DNA of 54,587 nucleotides from Flavobacteriaceae bacterium (GCA_030626795.1 DAOUTI010000001.1:1-54587); one strand, 5' to 3'; counted from the stretch's first letter, positions 10,552 through 21,228 are shown. Notes: generated by a model from the sequence alone, not told the origin. Made by a program: numbers and translations.

Positions 10552-11445
10552 ATGAGTTCTAGAAATGTTGCATTTTTATTAGCGTTCTTAGCGGCAATAA
10601 TTTATGGTGTAAGTTTTACGGTTGCTAAAGAAGTAATGCCTCATTATATAAAGCCTTATGGATTTATATTAATAAGAGTTTTTGGTGCATCTCTAGTTTT
10701 TTGGATTGTAGGCAGTTTTATAAAAAAAGAAAAAATTGCCACTCGCGATTATGTAAGAATATTTGTTGCTTCAATTTTTGGAATTGCTTTAAATATGCTT
10801 GCTTTTTTTAAAGGATTAAGCATGACAACCCCCATAAGTGCATCAGTTATTATGGTAACATCACCAATTATGGTTTTAACATTTGCCACCATATTTTTAA
10901 AAGAAAAAGCAACTAAAAAAAAATTAGCAGGTATTTTTATAGGTATGTTTGGAGCGATACTTTTAATCGCTTATGGAAAAGATCAAAATACAGCTACTAA
11001 TGCTACACTAGGTAATTTATTAGTTTTTGTAAATGCATCATCTTATGCCATGTATTTAATTTTGATAAAGAATCTTACAAAAAAGTATCACCCATTAACA
11101 CTGGCCAAATGGTTATATTTATTTGGTTTATTTATGGTAATTCCGTTTGGATTTTCAGAGTTTAATCAAATAGATTGGGTGTCATTACCAACTTCAGCAC
11201 TTTATAAAATAGGGTTTGTTGTAATATTTACTACGGTTTTAACTTATATGTTTAACTTGTTTGCAATCAAAAAATTAAAACCAACAACGCTGAGTATCTT
11301 TATTTATTTACAACCTGTAATTGCAAGCACTTATGCTTTAATTGTAGGAAGTGATACCATAGATCAATTAAAAATCATGGCAACATTACTTATTTTTTTA
11401 GGAGTTTATTTGGTTACAAGAAAACCAAAAGAAGAAAGAACTTAG
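10552..11445 (+). CDS. DMT/EamA family transporter
   Basis: About 10 TM helices in two EamA repeats, YLQPV motif. Confidence 0.88.
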   Translation: MSSRNVAFLLAFLAAIIYGVSFTVAKEVMPHYIKPYGFILIRVFGASLVFWIVGSFIKKEKIATRDYVRIFVASIFGIALNMLAFFKGLSMTTPISASVIMVTSPIMVLTFATIFLKEKATKKKLAGIFIGMFGAILLIAYGKDQNTATNATLGNLLVFVNASSYAMYLILIKNLTKKYHPLTLAKWLYLFGLFMVIPFGFSEFNQIDWVSLPTSALYKIGFVVIFTTVLTYMFNLFAIKKLKPTTLSIFIYLQPVIASTYALIVGSDTIDQLKIMATLLIFLGVYLVTRKPKEERT

Positions 11446-11522
11446 CAAAAAAATAATTTAATAAAACAACACTCTACACTCGACCAATAATTGATTAACT
11501 TTGCACACTTTAAATTTTATTT

Positions 11523-12374
11523 ATGATACAATCAATGACCGGTTATGGTAAGTCTATTTTACAATTACCTTCTAAAAAAATAACCATTGAAATAAAATCA
11601 CTCAATAGCAAAAATCTAGATTTAAATACTCGTATTCCTGCTATTTACAGAGAAAAAGAAGTTGTTATAAGACGGAAATTGGCAAAAGAATTAACAAGAG
11701 GAAAAGTAGATTTATCTTTTTTTATTGAGGCTACAGCCGAAGAAACTTCTACAAAAATTAATACCGCTGTTGTTTCAAACTATATTGCGCAATTGAATGA
11801 ATTAAATACAAATTCAGATGTACTTTCGGTTGCAATGCGTTTACCAGATGTTTTAAAAACAGAACGTGAAGAACTAAATGAAGATGAATGGCATGAAATT
11901 GAAAAGAATATTGATGTAGCGATTAATCATTTACAAGATTTTAGAAATGATGAAGGAGAGGTTTTAAAAAAAGATTTTGTTTTCCGAATTGATACTATCA
12001 AAAATAACTTAGAAGATGTAATCACATTAGATAGTGAAAGGCTACAAGCAGTTAGAGATAGATTGCAAAAGGCGATTGCCGAATTAAAAGTTACTTTTGA
12101 TGAAAATCGTTTTGAGCAAGAAATGATATATTATCTAGAAAAATTAGACATTACAGAAGAAAAAGTTAGACTAAGTAATCATCTAAAGTATTTTTTAGAA
12201 GAATTGGAATCAAGTGTTTCTAATGGTAAAAAATTAGGTTTTATATCCCAAGAAATTGGTAGAGAAATAAATACCATTGGTTCAAAAGCAAATTTTGCAC
12301 CCATGCAAAAAATGGTTGTGCAAATGAAAGATGAGCTTGAAAAAATAAAAGAGCAATTGCTAAATGTTTTGTAA
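11523..12374 (+). CDS. yicC: YicC/YloC family endoribonuclease
   Basis: MIQSMTGYG start, DITEEKVRL, REINTIGSKA; upstream of gmk; TAACTTTG at 11496-11503. Confidence 0.93.
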   Translation: MIQSMTGYGKSILQLPSKKITIEIKSLNSKNLDLNTRIPAIYREKEVVIRRKLAKELTRGKVDLSFFIEATAEETSTKINTAVVSNYIAQLNELNTNSDVLSVAMRLPDVLKTEREELNEDEWHEIEKNIDVAINHLQDFRNDEGEVLKKDFVFRIDTIKNNLEDVITLDSERLQAVRDRLQKAIAELKVTFDENRFEQEMIYYLEKLDITEEKVRLSNHLKYFLEELESSVSNGKKLGFISQEIGREINTIGSKANFAPMQKMVVQMKDELEKIKEQLLNVL

Positions 12375-12376
12375 TA

Positions 12377-12955
12377 ATGCATAAAAATAAGGGTAAACTT
12401 ATTGTTTTTTCGGCACCATCAGGATCGGGTAAAACAACGATTGTACATCATTTATTGAAACAAAAGGCATTGCATTTAGATTTTTCAATATCTGCAACTT
12501 CAAGAGAGCGAAGAGGTAAAGAAATTGATGGTGAAGATTATCACTTTATCACTTTAGAAGATTTTAAAAATCAGATAAATAAAGGGGAGTTTATTGAATG
12601 GGAAGAAGTATATCAAAATAATTTTTACGGTACATTAAAGTCGGAAGTAGAAAGAATTTGGGCCAATGGGAAACATGCTATTTTTGATATTGATGTGATT
12701 GGTGGAATGCGAATTAAAAGAAAGTTTCCCGAACAAACCTTAGCAGTTTTTGTACAACCACCTTCTATTGAAGAAATGGAAAAAAGATTACGAAATAGAC
12801 AAACCGATACAGAAGAAAAAATTAAAGAACGCGTAGCTAAAGCAGAACGAGAATTTAAATTTGCAAAAGATTTTGATGTTATTTTAGTAAATGATAATTT
12901 AGAAACCGCTAAAAAAGAAGCTGAAATTTTGGTTGGAGGTTTTATTAAAAAATAA
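12377..12955 (+). CDS. gmk: Guanylate kinase
   Basis: SAPSGSGKTT P-loop, SISATSR, DIDVIG. Confidence 0.96.
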   Translation: MHKNKGKLIVFSAPSGSGKTTIVHHLLKQKALHLDFSISATSRERRGKEIDGEDYHFITLEDFKNQINKGEFIEWEEVYQNNFYGTLKSEVERIWANGKHAIFDIDVIGGMRIKRKFPEQTLAVFVQPPSIEEMEKRLRNRQTDTEEKIKERVAKAEREFKFAKDFDVILVNDNLETAKKEAEILVGGFIKK

Positions 12956-13009
12956 ATATTTTACTATATGGTTTTCAAAACCCTATAGGTTTTTAAGTAC
13001 AAAATAAGT

Positions 13010-13588
13010 ATGAAAATAGGATTGTATTTTGGAACTTTTAACCCCATTCATATAGGCCACATGATTATTGCAAATCATATGGCAGAATTTTCTGATTTAG
13101 ATGAAGTTTGGTTTGTTGTAACACCACACAATCCGTTTAAAAAGAAAAGCACTTTATTGGCCGACAATCATCGTTATCAAATGGTTTCTAGAGCAACAGA
13201 AGGTTATCCAAAACTAAAACCCTCAAATATAGAATTTACTTTAGAACAGCCAAATTATACCGTAGATACCCTTATCCATTTATATGAAAAACACCCAAAA
13301 TATAGGTTTAGCTTGATTATGGGAGAAGATAATTTACAGTCTTTCCATAAATGGAAAAACTATGAGGTGATCTTGAAAAATCACGAGATTTATGTTTACC
13401 CTAGAGTTTATGAGAAGAAAATGGAATCCAAATTTCAAAAGTATCCAAAAGTACATTTTGTTAATGCGCCAATTGTAGAAATATCATCTACTTTTATCAG
13501 AAAATGTATAAAGGATAAAAAAAACGTGACACCATTGTTACCAAATACAGTTTGGCAATATATAGACGAAATGAATTTTTATAGGTAA
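13010..13588 (+). CDS. nadD: Nicotinate-nucleotide adenylyltransferase
   Basis: GTFNPIHIGH, ISSTFIR. Confidence 0.96.
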   Translation: MKIGLYFGTFNPIHIGHMIIANHMAEFSDLDEVWFVVTPHNPFKKKSTLLADNHRYQMVSRATEGYPKLKPSNIEFTLEQPNYTVDTLIHLYEKHPKYRFSLIMGEDNLQSFHKWKNYEVILKNHEIYVYPRVYEKKMESKFQKYPKVHFVNAPIVEISSTFIRKCIKDKKNVTPLLPNTVWQYIDEMNFYR

Positions 13589-13619
13589 TTTTATTAAATT
13601 ATTTTTAATACAATTATCA

Positions 13620-14309
13620 ATTAAAACAGAACTTAAAACACTACTCTTTTTTATTTTAATTATTTCTACATTAAATGCACAAAATGATAGTAATTCAAAA
13701 TGGGATATACAATTAAACGTTATAAATGTGTTACCTAATGAAAGTGATCAAATTGAAGGAGGTAACTTAACCATGTCTAATGCATTTGGGTTTGAAATTG
13801 GAATAAACTATTTTTTCAATAAAAACATTTCAACAGAATTTACTTTAGGAGGCTCAAGTCATGAGTCAAAAATTCAATATAGTGATTTTTAACAACACAG
13901 ATACCGTATAGGAGATGTTCTAATAACTCCTTTAAATTTAAATTTTCAATACCATTTTTATTTAAAAAAATTTAAACCTTATTTAGGCGCAGGAATAAAC
14001 TATACTTTTTTTAACGTGAAAGGAGAAGAGCTTTTAGGAGGAGTAGATGGTGGCGAATTTGACAGTACATTTGGTTTTGCTTTACAAGGAGGTATAGATT
14101 ATGAAATTAATAATAGATGGTTTTTCAATTTTGATATTAAACAAAAATTCATTTCAACAGATATGACGATTTATCATGGTTGGTGTGGCACCCCATCAAA
14201 ATCACAAATGGCAATACCTTGCCCCGATTATAATGTTGAAGATGTAGTAGAAAAAGTAAAGATAAACCCTTTATCTTTTGGTTTAGGAATTGGTTTTAGG
14301 TTTAATTAA
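13620..14309 (+). pseudogene. ompW: OmpW-family outer membrane beta-barrel, interrupted
   Basis: One frame from ATT (13620) encodes a signal peptide (KTLLFFILIISTLNA/Q), FQYHF, FKPYLGAGINYTFF, GFALQGGIDY and terminal GIGFRF; single in-frame TAA at 13890-13892; no ATG at the expected start. Confidence 0.8.
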
Positions 14310-14370
14310 AAAGTTTCATAGATTATTATTTGCTGTACGTCATTCTGAAAATATAGAAAATTATGAAAAA

Positions 14371-15072
14371 ATGAAGGATAATAAAATATTAATAATTGGA
14401 ATAATTGTTACGGTTTTAATTGCCTTTGTGGCATCAATATATGGAGATTTAATAAACTTAAAGATTGATTTTATTCCACATTCTTTTGTATTACATACAA
14501 TTTTGTTCCTTTCATCAATTTCATCAATTTATTTATTTAAAAAATATGTGAATTATCGAATTGAATTGCCAAAATTTAAAACATTGTTAAAACCCATTGG
14601 ATTAGGACTTCTGGTAAGCATATTGTCGTCAATAATAATGAGTATTACTTTGATAATTAGCAGCGGAGGTAGTAGTCCGGAAATAAAAATACCAACCTCT
14701 AATCTTTCAGTATTTCAGATAATAATATTTGTTTTTCTCTATGCCTCTATTGCAGAGGAAATGCTTTTTAGAGGGTTTTTATTGAATATCTTGAAGCCAC
14801 TAAAAAATAAAGGAATATCAGTACTTAAAAGAAAAGTTAGTTTTGCTGTAATAATAAGTGCCATAATGTTTGGTTTGTTTCATATACTTCCTTTCAATTT
14901 TAACAAAGGTTTAATCTTTACCATTGGAATGGTAATCGCACCATCACTATTGGGGATTATTGCAGGTTATTATCAAGAAAAATATAATAATAATGCTTAT
15001 GCAATAATTGTTCATATGGCAGGAAATATAATAGGAATAATAGGGACTATTGTAATGAATGCAAATTCTTAA
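14371..15072 (+). CDS. CPBP (Abi/CAAX type II) intramembrane glutamic endopeptidase
   Basis: AEEMLFRG, FGLFH, HMAGN motifs; start at MKDNK (ATG 14371). Confidence 0.9.
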   Translation: MKDNKILIIGIIVTVLIAFVASIYGDLINLKIDFIPHSFVLHTILFLSSISSIYLFKKYVNYRIELPKFKTLLKPIGLGLLVSILSSIIMSITLIISSGGSSPEIKIPTSNLSVFQIIIFVFLYASIAEEMLFRGFLLNILKPLKNKGISVLKRKVSFAVIISAIMFGLFHILPFNFNKGLIFTIGMVIAPSLLGIIAGYYQEKYNNNAYAIIVHMAGNIIGIIGTIVMNANS

Positions 15073-15105
15073 ATAAAAGAGACTAATAAAGAAAAGTAAG
15101 CCTAG

Positions 15106-15227
15106 AACGGCTAAGAAATCATTACGATTTTTTGGCTTAATTCAAGGGTAAGTGTATATTTATAAAATAATAAATAGCGGAGAATTCGTGTTGTATTTAA
15201 TCCGCAACAATTCTTAGCTAAATAGTT
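15106..15227. repeat. attC-like imperfect inverted repeat downstream of the CPBP gene
   Basis: AAC-GGCTAAGAA ... TTCTTAGCT-AAATA-GTT, with inner GCGGA/TCCGC stem. Confidence 0.45.
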
Positions 15228-15281
15228 CAAATAAGCTAAGGTCAAAAAAAATGTATATTTGCCTTAGTATTTGAAAAAAGA

Positions 15282-16142
15282 ATGAAGAATAATAAATTAA
15301 AAAATAAACTTAAAGAAAAATTAACTTATAAATATCGTTTTGTCGTTTTAAATGAAGATACTTTTGAAGAGAGATTTTCGTTCAAATTAAACCGATTAAA
15401 TGCTTTTGTTTATGGAGGAATATTTTCTGTACTTTTAATTGCTCTAACGTTTTTGCTTATTATTTATACGCCTTTAAAGGAGTATATTCAAGGTTATTCA
15501 TCTACCGAATTAAAAAAAGATGCAACCAATTTGGTTTATAAAGTTGACTCTTTAAATCAAGCACTTGCTGTAAATGATTTGTACATTGAAAACATTCAAC
15601 AGGTTTTAAAAGGAGAAATCAAAAGAGTTATTTTTAATAAAGATTCAGTTTTACAACAATTGAGTATAAAAAAAATAGATTTTGCTCCAACAGCAGTCGA
15701 TTCTGCTTTTAGAGAAGAAGTAGAGCAAGAAGATAGGTTTAGTGTTTTTGAACAAGCCACTAAAAACACCGATATTGTTTTTACCACACCAATAAAAGGA
15801 ACAATTACACAAGATTATAATACCAATGAAAATCATTATGCAATTGATCTTGCGGTTGATAAAAACACACCTGTAAAAGCTGTAGCTGATGGCACTATTA
15901 TTTTTAAAGGCTTTACAGCCGACACAGGTTATGTGGTAATTATTGAACATGCACAAGATTTTATTTCGGTTTATAAACACAACGCAACTATTTATAAAGA
16001 ACAAGGAGAATTGGTAAAATCGGGTGAGGTAATTGCAAGCGCAGGGTCAACAGGTACTTTCTCAACAGGGCCTCATTTACATTTTGAACTTTGGAATGAT
16101 GGTTATCCTGTAAACCCATCAAACTATATTAACTTTAAGTAA
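15282..16142 (+). CDS. M23 family metallopeptidase
   Basis: HYAID, YKH, STGPHLHFE; N-terminal TM; TATATTTG at 15254-15261. Confidence 0.92.
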   Translation: MKNNKLKNKLKEKLTYKYRFVVLNEDTFEERFSFKLNRLNAFVYGGIFSVLLIALTFLLIIYTPLKEYIQGYSSTELKKDATNLVYKVDSLNQALAVNDLYIENIQQVLKGEIKRVIFNKDSVLQQLSIKKIDFAPTAVDSAFREEVEQEDRFSVFEQATKNTDIVFTTPIKGTITQDYNTNENHYAIDLAVDKNTPVKAVADGTIIFKGFTADTGYVVIIEHAQDFISVYKHNATIYKEQGELVKSGEVIASAGSTGTFSTGPHLHFELWNDGYPVNPSNYINFK

Positions 16143-16174
16143 AACTATTTCATTTTTTTATTAAATAATATATC

Positions 16175-17674
16175 GTGTTAAAGTCATTTTTTTCAAAAAT
16201 ATACGCCAAACAAATTTCAAAAAGAGTTTATCAATGGGCTGCAAAACCTATTGAAACTCAAGACAAGGTATTTCAAAATTTAATCTTAAAAGCTAAAAAC
16301 ACAGCTTTTGGTAAAGATCATCAGTTTGAAAATATAAAATCGTATGCAGATTTCAAATCGAAGGTTCCCGTTAGAGATTACGAAGCATTAAAACCTTATG
16401 TTGAAAGAGTTAAAAAGGGTGAAAAAGATGTTTTATGGCAAGGCAAACCTATCTATTTTGCCAAAACATCGGGTACAACTTCAGGAGCAAAATATATTCC
16501 AATAACCCAAGAGTCTATGCCATATCAAATAGCGGCAGCAAAAGAAGCATTGTTACTTTATATTGCCGAAACTGGAAATGCAGATTTTGTAGATGGCAAA
16601 ATGATTTTTTTACAAGGAAGTCCAGAAATTGACGATACAGATTTTATAAATACAGGTCGCCTTTCGGGAATCGTAGCGCATTATGTTCCTAAATACTTAC
16701 AAAAAAACCGTATGCCAACTTGGAATACCAATTGTATTGACGATTGGGAAACCAAAATAAATACAATAGTTGAAGAAACAGTTGTTGAAGATATGCGCTT
16801 AATAAGCGGAATACCATCATGGGTACAAATGTATTTCGAAAAACTGATTGAGAAAGAAGGGAAAACAGTAAGTGAAATTTTCCCAAAATTTAACCTCTTT
16901 GTTTATGGTGGTGTAAATTATGAACCATACCGTCAAAATATGGAGAATTTAATTGGTAAAAAAGTAGATTCTATTGAGTTGTTCCCTGCTTCAGAAGGGT
17001 TTTTTGCATATCAAGACAAACAAAATAAAACGAATAAAAAATTGGGAATGCTATTGTTGTTGCATAGTGGAATTTTTTACGAATTTATTCCAGCGGATCA
17101 ATTTTTTGAAGAAAACCCAACCAGAATTACCATTGCCGACGTGAAATTAGGAGTTAACTATGTAATGATTATTTCAACCAATGCAGGACTTTGGGCGTAT
17201 AATATTGGCGATACTGTTGAGTTTACTTCATTAAAACCATTCAGAATTATTGTAACAGGAAGAATAAAACATTTTATTTCAGCATTTGGCGAACATGTGA
17301 TTGCCAAAGAAGTTGAAAACGCATTACAAGAAGCTATAGAAGGTACTCCAATTAAAATTAATGAATTTACAGTAGCACCACAAGTAAATTCGCCAGAAGG
17401 AGAATTGCCTTATCACGAATGGTTTATAGAGTTTGATACTACACCAGAAAATCTAATAGAATTAGCTAAAAAAGTAGATTTAGTCATGCAAAAACAAAAT
17501 TCATACTATTTGGATTTGCTAGAAGGAAAAATTTTGCAAACTCTAAAAATACGTGCAGTTACTAAAGGCGGATTTAAAACTTATATGAAATCGGTTGGTA
17601 AATTGGGCGGTCAAAATAAGATACCTCGTCTATCAAATGATAGAAAAATTGCTAATAAATTAATGCTTCAATAA
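16175..17674 (+). CDS. GH3 family (acyl-acid amido synthetase-like) protein
   Basis: KTSGTTSG, ASEGF, YNIGD, GQNKIPR motifs. Confidence 0.9.
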   Translation: MLKSFFSKIYAKQISKRVYQWAAKPIETQDKVFQNLILKAKNTAFGKDHQFENIKSYADFKSKVPVRDYEALKPYVERVKKGEKDVLWQGKPIYFAKTSGTTSGAKYIPITQESMPYQIAAAKEALLLYIAETGNADFVDGKMIFLQGSPEIDDTDFINTGRLSGIVAHYVPKYLQKNRMPTWNTNCIDDWETKINTIVEETVVEDMRLISGIPSWVQMYFEKLIEKEGKTVSEIFPKFNLFVYGGVNYEPYRQNMENLIGKKVDSIELFPASEGFFAYQDKQNKTNKKLGMLLLLHSGIFYEFIPADQFFEENPTRITIADVKLGVNYVMIISTNAGLWAYNIGDTVEFTSLKPFRIIVTGRIKHFISAFGEHVIAKEVENALQEAIEGTPIKINEFTVAPQVNSPEGELPYHEWFIEFDTTPENLIELAKKVDLVMQKQNSYYLDLLEGKILQTLKIRAVTKGGFKTYMKSVGKLGGQNKIPRLSNDRKIANKLMLQ

Positions 17675-17688
17675 GTTAATGATAACCA

Positions 17689-18231
17689 ATGAAAGTAATA
17701 TCGGTAAATATTGGAAAAAAGAAAACTGTAACTTGGAAAAATAAAACCTATGTTACAGGTATTTATAAATATCCAGTTGAAGAATCTATTTTTTTAGGAA
17801 AAGAAGTTGTGGTTAATGATGATGTAATTGACAGAAAATATCATGGCGGTATAGATCAGGCAGTTTATGCTTATGGCGAAAATCATTATAAGTATTGGAA
17901 AGGTTTATACCCTAATTTAGAATTTAATTATGGCATGTTCGGAGAAAATTTAACCATTTCTGATTTATTAGAAGAAGAATTAACTGTTGGTAGTATTTAT
18001 CAATTAGGAGCATGTAAACTAGAAGTTAGTAAACCTAGACAACCTTGTGTTAAATTAGGCATACGGTTTCAAGATGCCAAAGTAATCAAGCAATTTTGGA
18101 ACACATCTAAAAGTGGTGTTTATTTTAAAGTTTTAGAAACGGGTAAAGTAACAAAAAACGATGTATTGAAGCTTTTAGAAAAAGCAAACAACACACCGTC
18201 TATTGCTGAAGTTTATGAGAGTAAAAAATAG
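17689..18231 (+). CDS. MOSC domain protein (YiiM-like)
   Basis: HGG, FGENLT, PRQPC motifs. Confidence 0.9.
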   Translation: MKVISVNIGKKKTVTWKNKTYVTGIYKYPVEESIFLGKEVVVNDDVIDRKYHGGIDQAVYAYGENHYKYWKGLYPNLEFNYGMFGENLTISDLLEEELTVGSIYQLGACKLEVSKPRQPCVKLGIRFQDAKVIKQFWNTSKSGVYFKVLETGKVTKNDVLKLLEKANNTPSIAEVYESKK

Positions 18232-18238
18232 TAAACAC

Positions 18239-18643
18239 TTATTTTTTAGCCAATAAATCTCTAATTTCTCCAAGTAATTCTTCTTGGGTTGGACCAGCAG
18301 GAGCAGGAGCAGCTTCTTCCTCTTTTCTTTTCGTACTATTTACTGCTTTAACAATTAAAAACATTACAAAAGCAACAATAACAAAGTCGATAACCGTAGT
18401 CATAAATTCACCATAAAGTACAGCTATTGCACCTTCAATTTCACCATCAGTATTAGCAACACCTTCTTTAACAATCCATTTTAGGTCTTTAAAATTAGCA
18501 TTAAAGATTAAACCAATTAATGGTGAAACAATACCAGCAGTAAACGCAGTAACTACACTTTTAAATGCAGCACCCATTACAAAACCTACAGCAATATCAA
18601 GTAAGCTACCTTTTAGAGCAAACTCTTTAAATTCTTTTAACAT
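18239..18643 (-). CDS. mscL: Large-conductance mechanosensitive channel
   Basis: MLKEFKEFALKG, LLGEIRDLL. Confidence 0.97.
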   Translation of the reverse strand: MLKEFKEFALKGSLLDIAVGFVMGAAFKSVVTAFTAGIVSPLIGLIFNANFKDLKWIVKEGVANTDGEIEGAIAVLYGEFMTTVIDFVIVAFVMFLIVKAVNSTKRKEEEAAPAPAGPTQEELLGEIRDLLAKK

Positions 18644-18690
18644 TTTTAAAATATTTATGATTAGTTAAAAGCGAATATAGTAAAAATAGA

Positions 18691-19791
18691 TTAGATTATT
18701 TTTCTTCTAACCCTTTGTGAAATAGAGGTCAGTATTTCGTAAGAAATCGTTGTCGTTTTCTTGGCGAGATCAAGTATATGATCTTGGTGGTTAAAAATAA
18801 TTACTTCATCTCCTTCCTCACAATTAACTCCGCTAAGGTCTATCGTAGTCATATCCATACAAATTGTTCCAGTAATTGGAATTTTTTGGTTTTTGATATA
18901 AACAGAGCCAATAGAAGATCCTAAATTTCTATTTAATCCATCAGCATACCCTAAAGGGATTATCCCAATTTTTGTATTTTCTTTACCTATAAATTTTCTA
19001 TTATAACCAGCGGTTTCTCCTTTTTCAAGGAGTTGAATTTGCGATATTTTAGTTTTTAAATTACATACATTTTTTAGTTTTGTTGTTTCCAAAATATCGT
19101 TTCCAAAACCATAAAAACCAATACCTAAGCGAACCATATCAAATTCCGAATTAGCGAAATTAAGAATACCAGAAGTATTTGCAATATGTTTTAATGGTTT
19201 GTATTTTAAATACTTATCTAAATAATGTGTGACTTTATTAAATAAATTAATTTGGTTGTTGGTAAATTCTTTTTCATTTTCGTCTTCGCTGGCAGCCAAA
19301 TGAGAATAATAGGAAACCACTTTTAAATTTTCTAAATTTTGAAGAATGGAAACTAGTTTTTCGAGATCATTTTCTTTAAAACCCAACCTATTCATACCCG
19401 AATTAATTTTAATATGTATTGGGTAATTTTTTAAATTTGTTTTATGAGCAAGGGTGATAAACTGTTCTAAAGATCTAAAATTATATAAGTTAGGCTCTAA
19501 ATTATAATGAATTAAGCTTTCAAAATTTTCGATTTGTGGGTGTAATATTAAAATTGGTAATTTAATATTTGCTTTGCGTAGATCGATACCTTCTTCGGTA
19601 TTGGCAACAGCTAAATAATCTACATTTTGTTGTTCTAATATTTTAGCAATAGCAATAGCATCGCTTCCATAGGCAAAAGCTTTAATTACTACCATTAATT
19701 TGGTGCATTCTTGAATTTTCGATTTAAAATATTGAAGATTGTGTTTTATTGCAGAGGTATCAATTTCTAAAACTGTAGGGTTATTGCTCAT
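18691..19791 (-). CDS. alr: Alanine racemase
   Basis: [11 protein letters not shown] lysine, GMNRLG, GYADG, CMDM. Confidence 0.95.
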   Translation of the reverse strand: MSNNPTVLEIDTSAIKHNLQYFKSKIQECTKLMVVIKAFAYGSDAIAIAKILEQQNVDYLAVANTEEGIDLRKANIKLPILILHPQIENFESLIHYNLEPNLYNFRSLEQFITLAHKTNLKNYPIHIKINSGMNRLGFKENDLEKLVSILQNLENLKVVSYYSHLAASEDENEKEFTNNQINLFNKVTHYLDKYLKYKPLKHIANTSGILNFANSEFDMVRLGIGFYGFGNDILETTKLKNVCNLKTKISQIQLLEKGETAGYNRKFIGKENTKIGIIPLGYADGLNRNLGSSIGSVYIKNQKIPITGTICMDMTTIDLSGVNCEEGDEVIIFNHQDHILDLAKKTTTISYEILTSISQRVRRKII

Positions 19792-20395
19792 TTTTTTCTT
19801 CCTCTTTTCTCAATTTTTCTTTTTGCAATGCTTTATAATAAGCAGCTCTACTAAGCGGTTCATATTCTTGTACTTCGCCTAAAAGCACAAGACTATCATC
19901 AGCTACGGTTCTATGGCTATAGTGGGCTAAATTCCCTGTTTTTGTACAAACCGCATGTACTTTTGTAACATATTCGGCAGTAGCCATAAGCGCAGGCATT
20001 GGTCCAAAAGGATTGCCTTTAAAATCCATATCTAAACCAGCTACAATAACTCTTATTCCTCTATTTGCTAAATCATTACAAACTCTAACAATCTCATCAT
20101 CAAAAAATTGAGCCTCATCAATACCAACAACATCAATGTTGTTTGCTAAAAGCATAATGTTGGCAGAAGCAGGAACGGGAGTACAACGAATTTCATTTTC
20201 GTCATGAGAAACAACCGATTCTTCAGCATATCGAGTGTCAACAGTAGGTTTAAATATTTCAACTTTTTGCTTGGCAAATTGCGCGCGTCTAAGTCGACGA
20301 ATCAATTCTTCGGTTTTTCCAGAAAACATAGATCCGCAGATAACTTCTATCCATCCAAATTTTTCAGTATAATTTACTGTATTTTCAAGAAACAT
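19781..20395 (-). CDS. tdk: Thymidine kinase
   Basis: [24 protein letters not shown]. Confidence 0.96.
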   Translation of the reverse strand: MFLENTVNYTEKFGWIEVICGSMFSGKTEELIRRLRRAQFAKQKVEIFKPTVDTRYAEESVVSHDENEIRCTPVPASANIMLLANNIDVVGIDEAQFFDDEIVRVCNDLANRGIRVIVAGLDMDFKGNPFGPMPALMATAEYVTKVHAVCTKTGNLAHYSHRTVADDSLVLLGEVQEYEPLSRAAYYKALQKEKLRKEEEKNEQ

Positions 20396-20576
20396 ATTGT
20401 ATTTTCAGGCTTGAAAGGGTTATTAAAAATATTTTTGTATTGATTTTATAAAGAAAAATAAATAATTTCTTTAGTAATAACAAAAGTAATGAAAATCTTT
20501 AGTAGAATTTTATTTTGAAAATGTTAATTTTGTATAATTCTTAAAAAGAATAAAATTGTATAGTAATATCTAATTT

Positions 20577-21227
20577 ATGCGTGAGAATTTAATTAAAGAA
20601 TTAAAAAGTTTAGCTCAAGAAATTCTTCTGTTAAAAGAAGAAAATGAGGTAGATGACTTACGAGAAAAAGCGCATAAAATTTATGAAAAATTGATGGTTT
20701 TGGATTACCTGAATAAAAACCCAAAACCTAATACAGAAGTAATAAAATCGCCTAAAATTAAAACACCAAAAAGACAGGTAGAAAATACACTTTTTCCTAA
20801 TGAAAAAAGAATTAGGAAAAAGAAAGAAAAAGCTCCAGTAACTTTAGAAGATTTATTTGTTCCAACTTTCGATTCTATAAAAGAAGACATGAGCCAAAAG
20901 GAAGAATTTAAAGACACAATTTCTTTAGATGAAACCGAAAAAATGTTCAAAACAAAAAAAAGAGAAATCCAACAACTTTCTTTAAATGATAAGCTTTTAG
21001 GTAATAGTATTCAAATCGGATTGAATGACAGAATAGCTTTTGTAAATAAACTTTTTAATTTTAGCCAATCAGAATTTAATAGAGTGCTAGGTAGCTTAAA
21101 TGAATTTAAGAATAAACAAGAAGCCATTAATTACATTCAGTATTCAGTGAAACCAAAATATAATTGGAAAGGAAAAGAAGATATTGAAGAAAGGTTAATA
21201 TTAATAATTGAACGAAAATTTTTATAA
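20577..21227 (+). CDS. Conserved hypothetical protein (Bacteroidota IGLNDR-type C-terminal domain)
   Basis: Long ORF; C-terminal IGLNDRIAFVNKLF...ERKF recalls a Bacteroidota hypothetical family. Confidence 0.7.
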   Translation: MRENLIKELKSLAQEILLLKEENEVDDLREKAHKIYEKLMVLDYLNKNPKPNTEVIKSPKIKTPKRQVENTLFPNEKRIRKKKEKAPVTLEDLFVPTFDSIKEDMSQKEEFKDTISLDETEKMFKTKKREIQQLSLNDKLLGNSIQIGLNDRIAFVNKLFNFSQSEFNRVLGSLNEFKNKQEAINYIQYSVKPKYNWKGKEDIEERLILIIERKFL

Positions 21228-21228
21228 G

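Noticed and set aside
12977-12994. Short palindrome AAAACCCTATAGGTTTT between gmk and nadD
   Set aside because: Single short copy; it cannot be called a REP-like family from this window.
13890-13892. Programmed stop readthrough or recoding in ompW
   Set aside because: The stop is TAA (not UGA/UAG), TAA is the normal stop throughout the window, and the start codon is also defective.
14016-14309. 97-aa ORF as a stand-alone gene
   Set aside because: It is the C-terminal part of the interrupted ompW frame starting at 13620.
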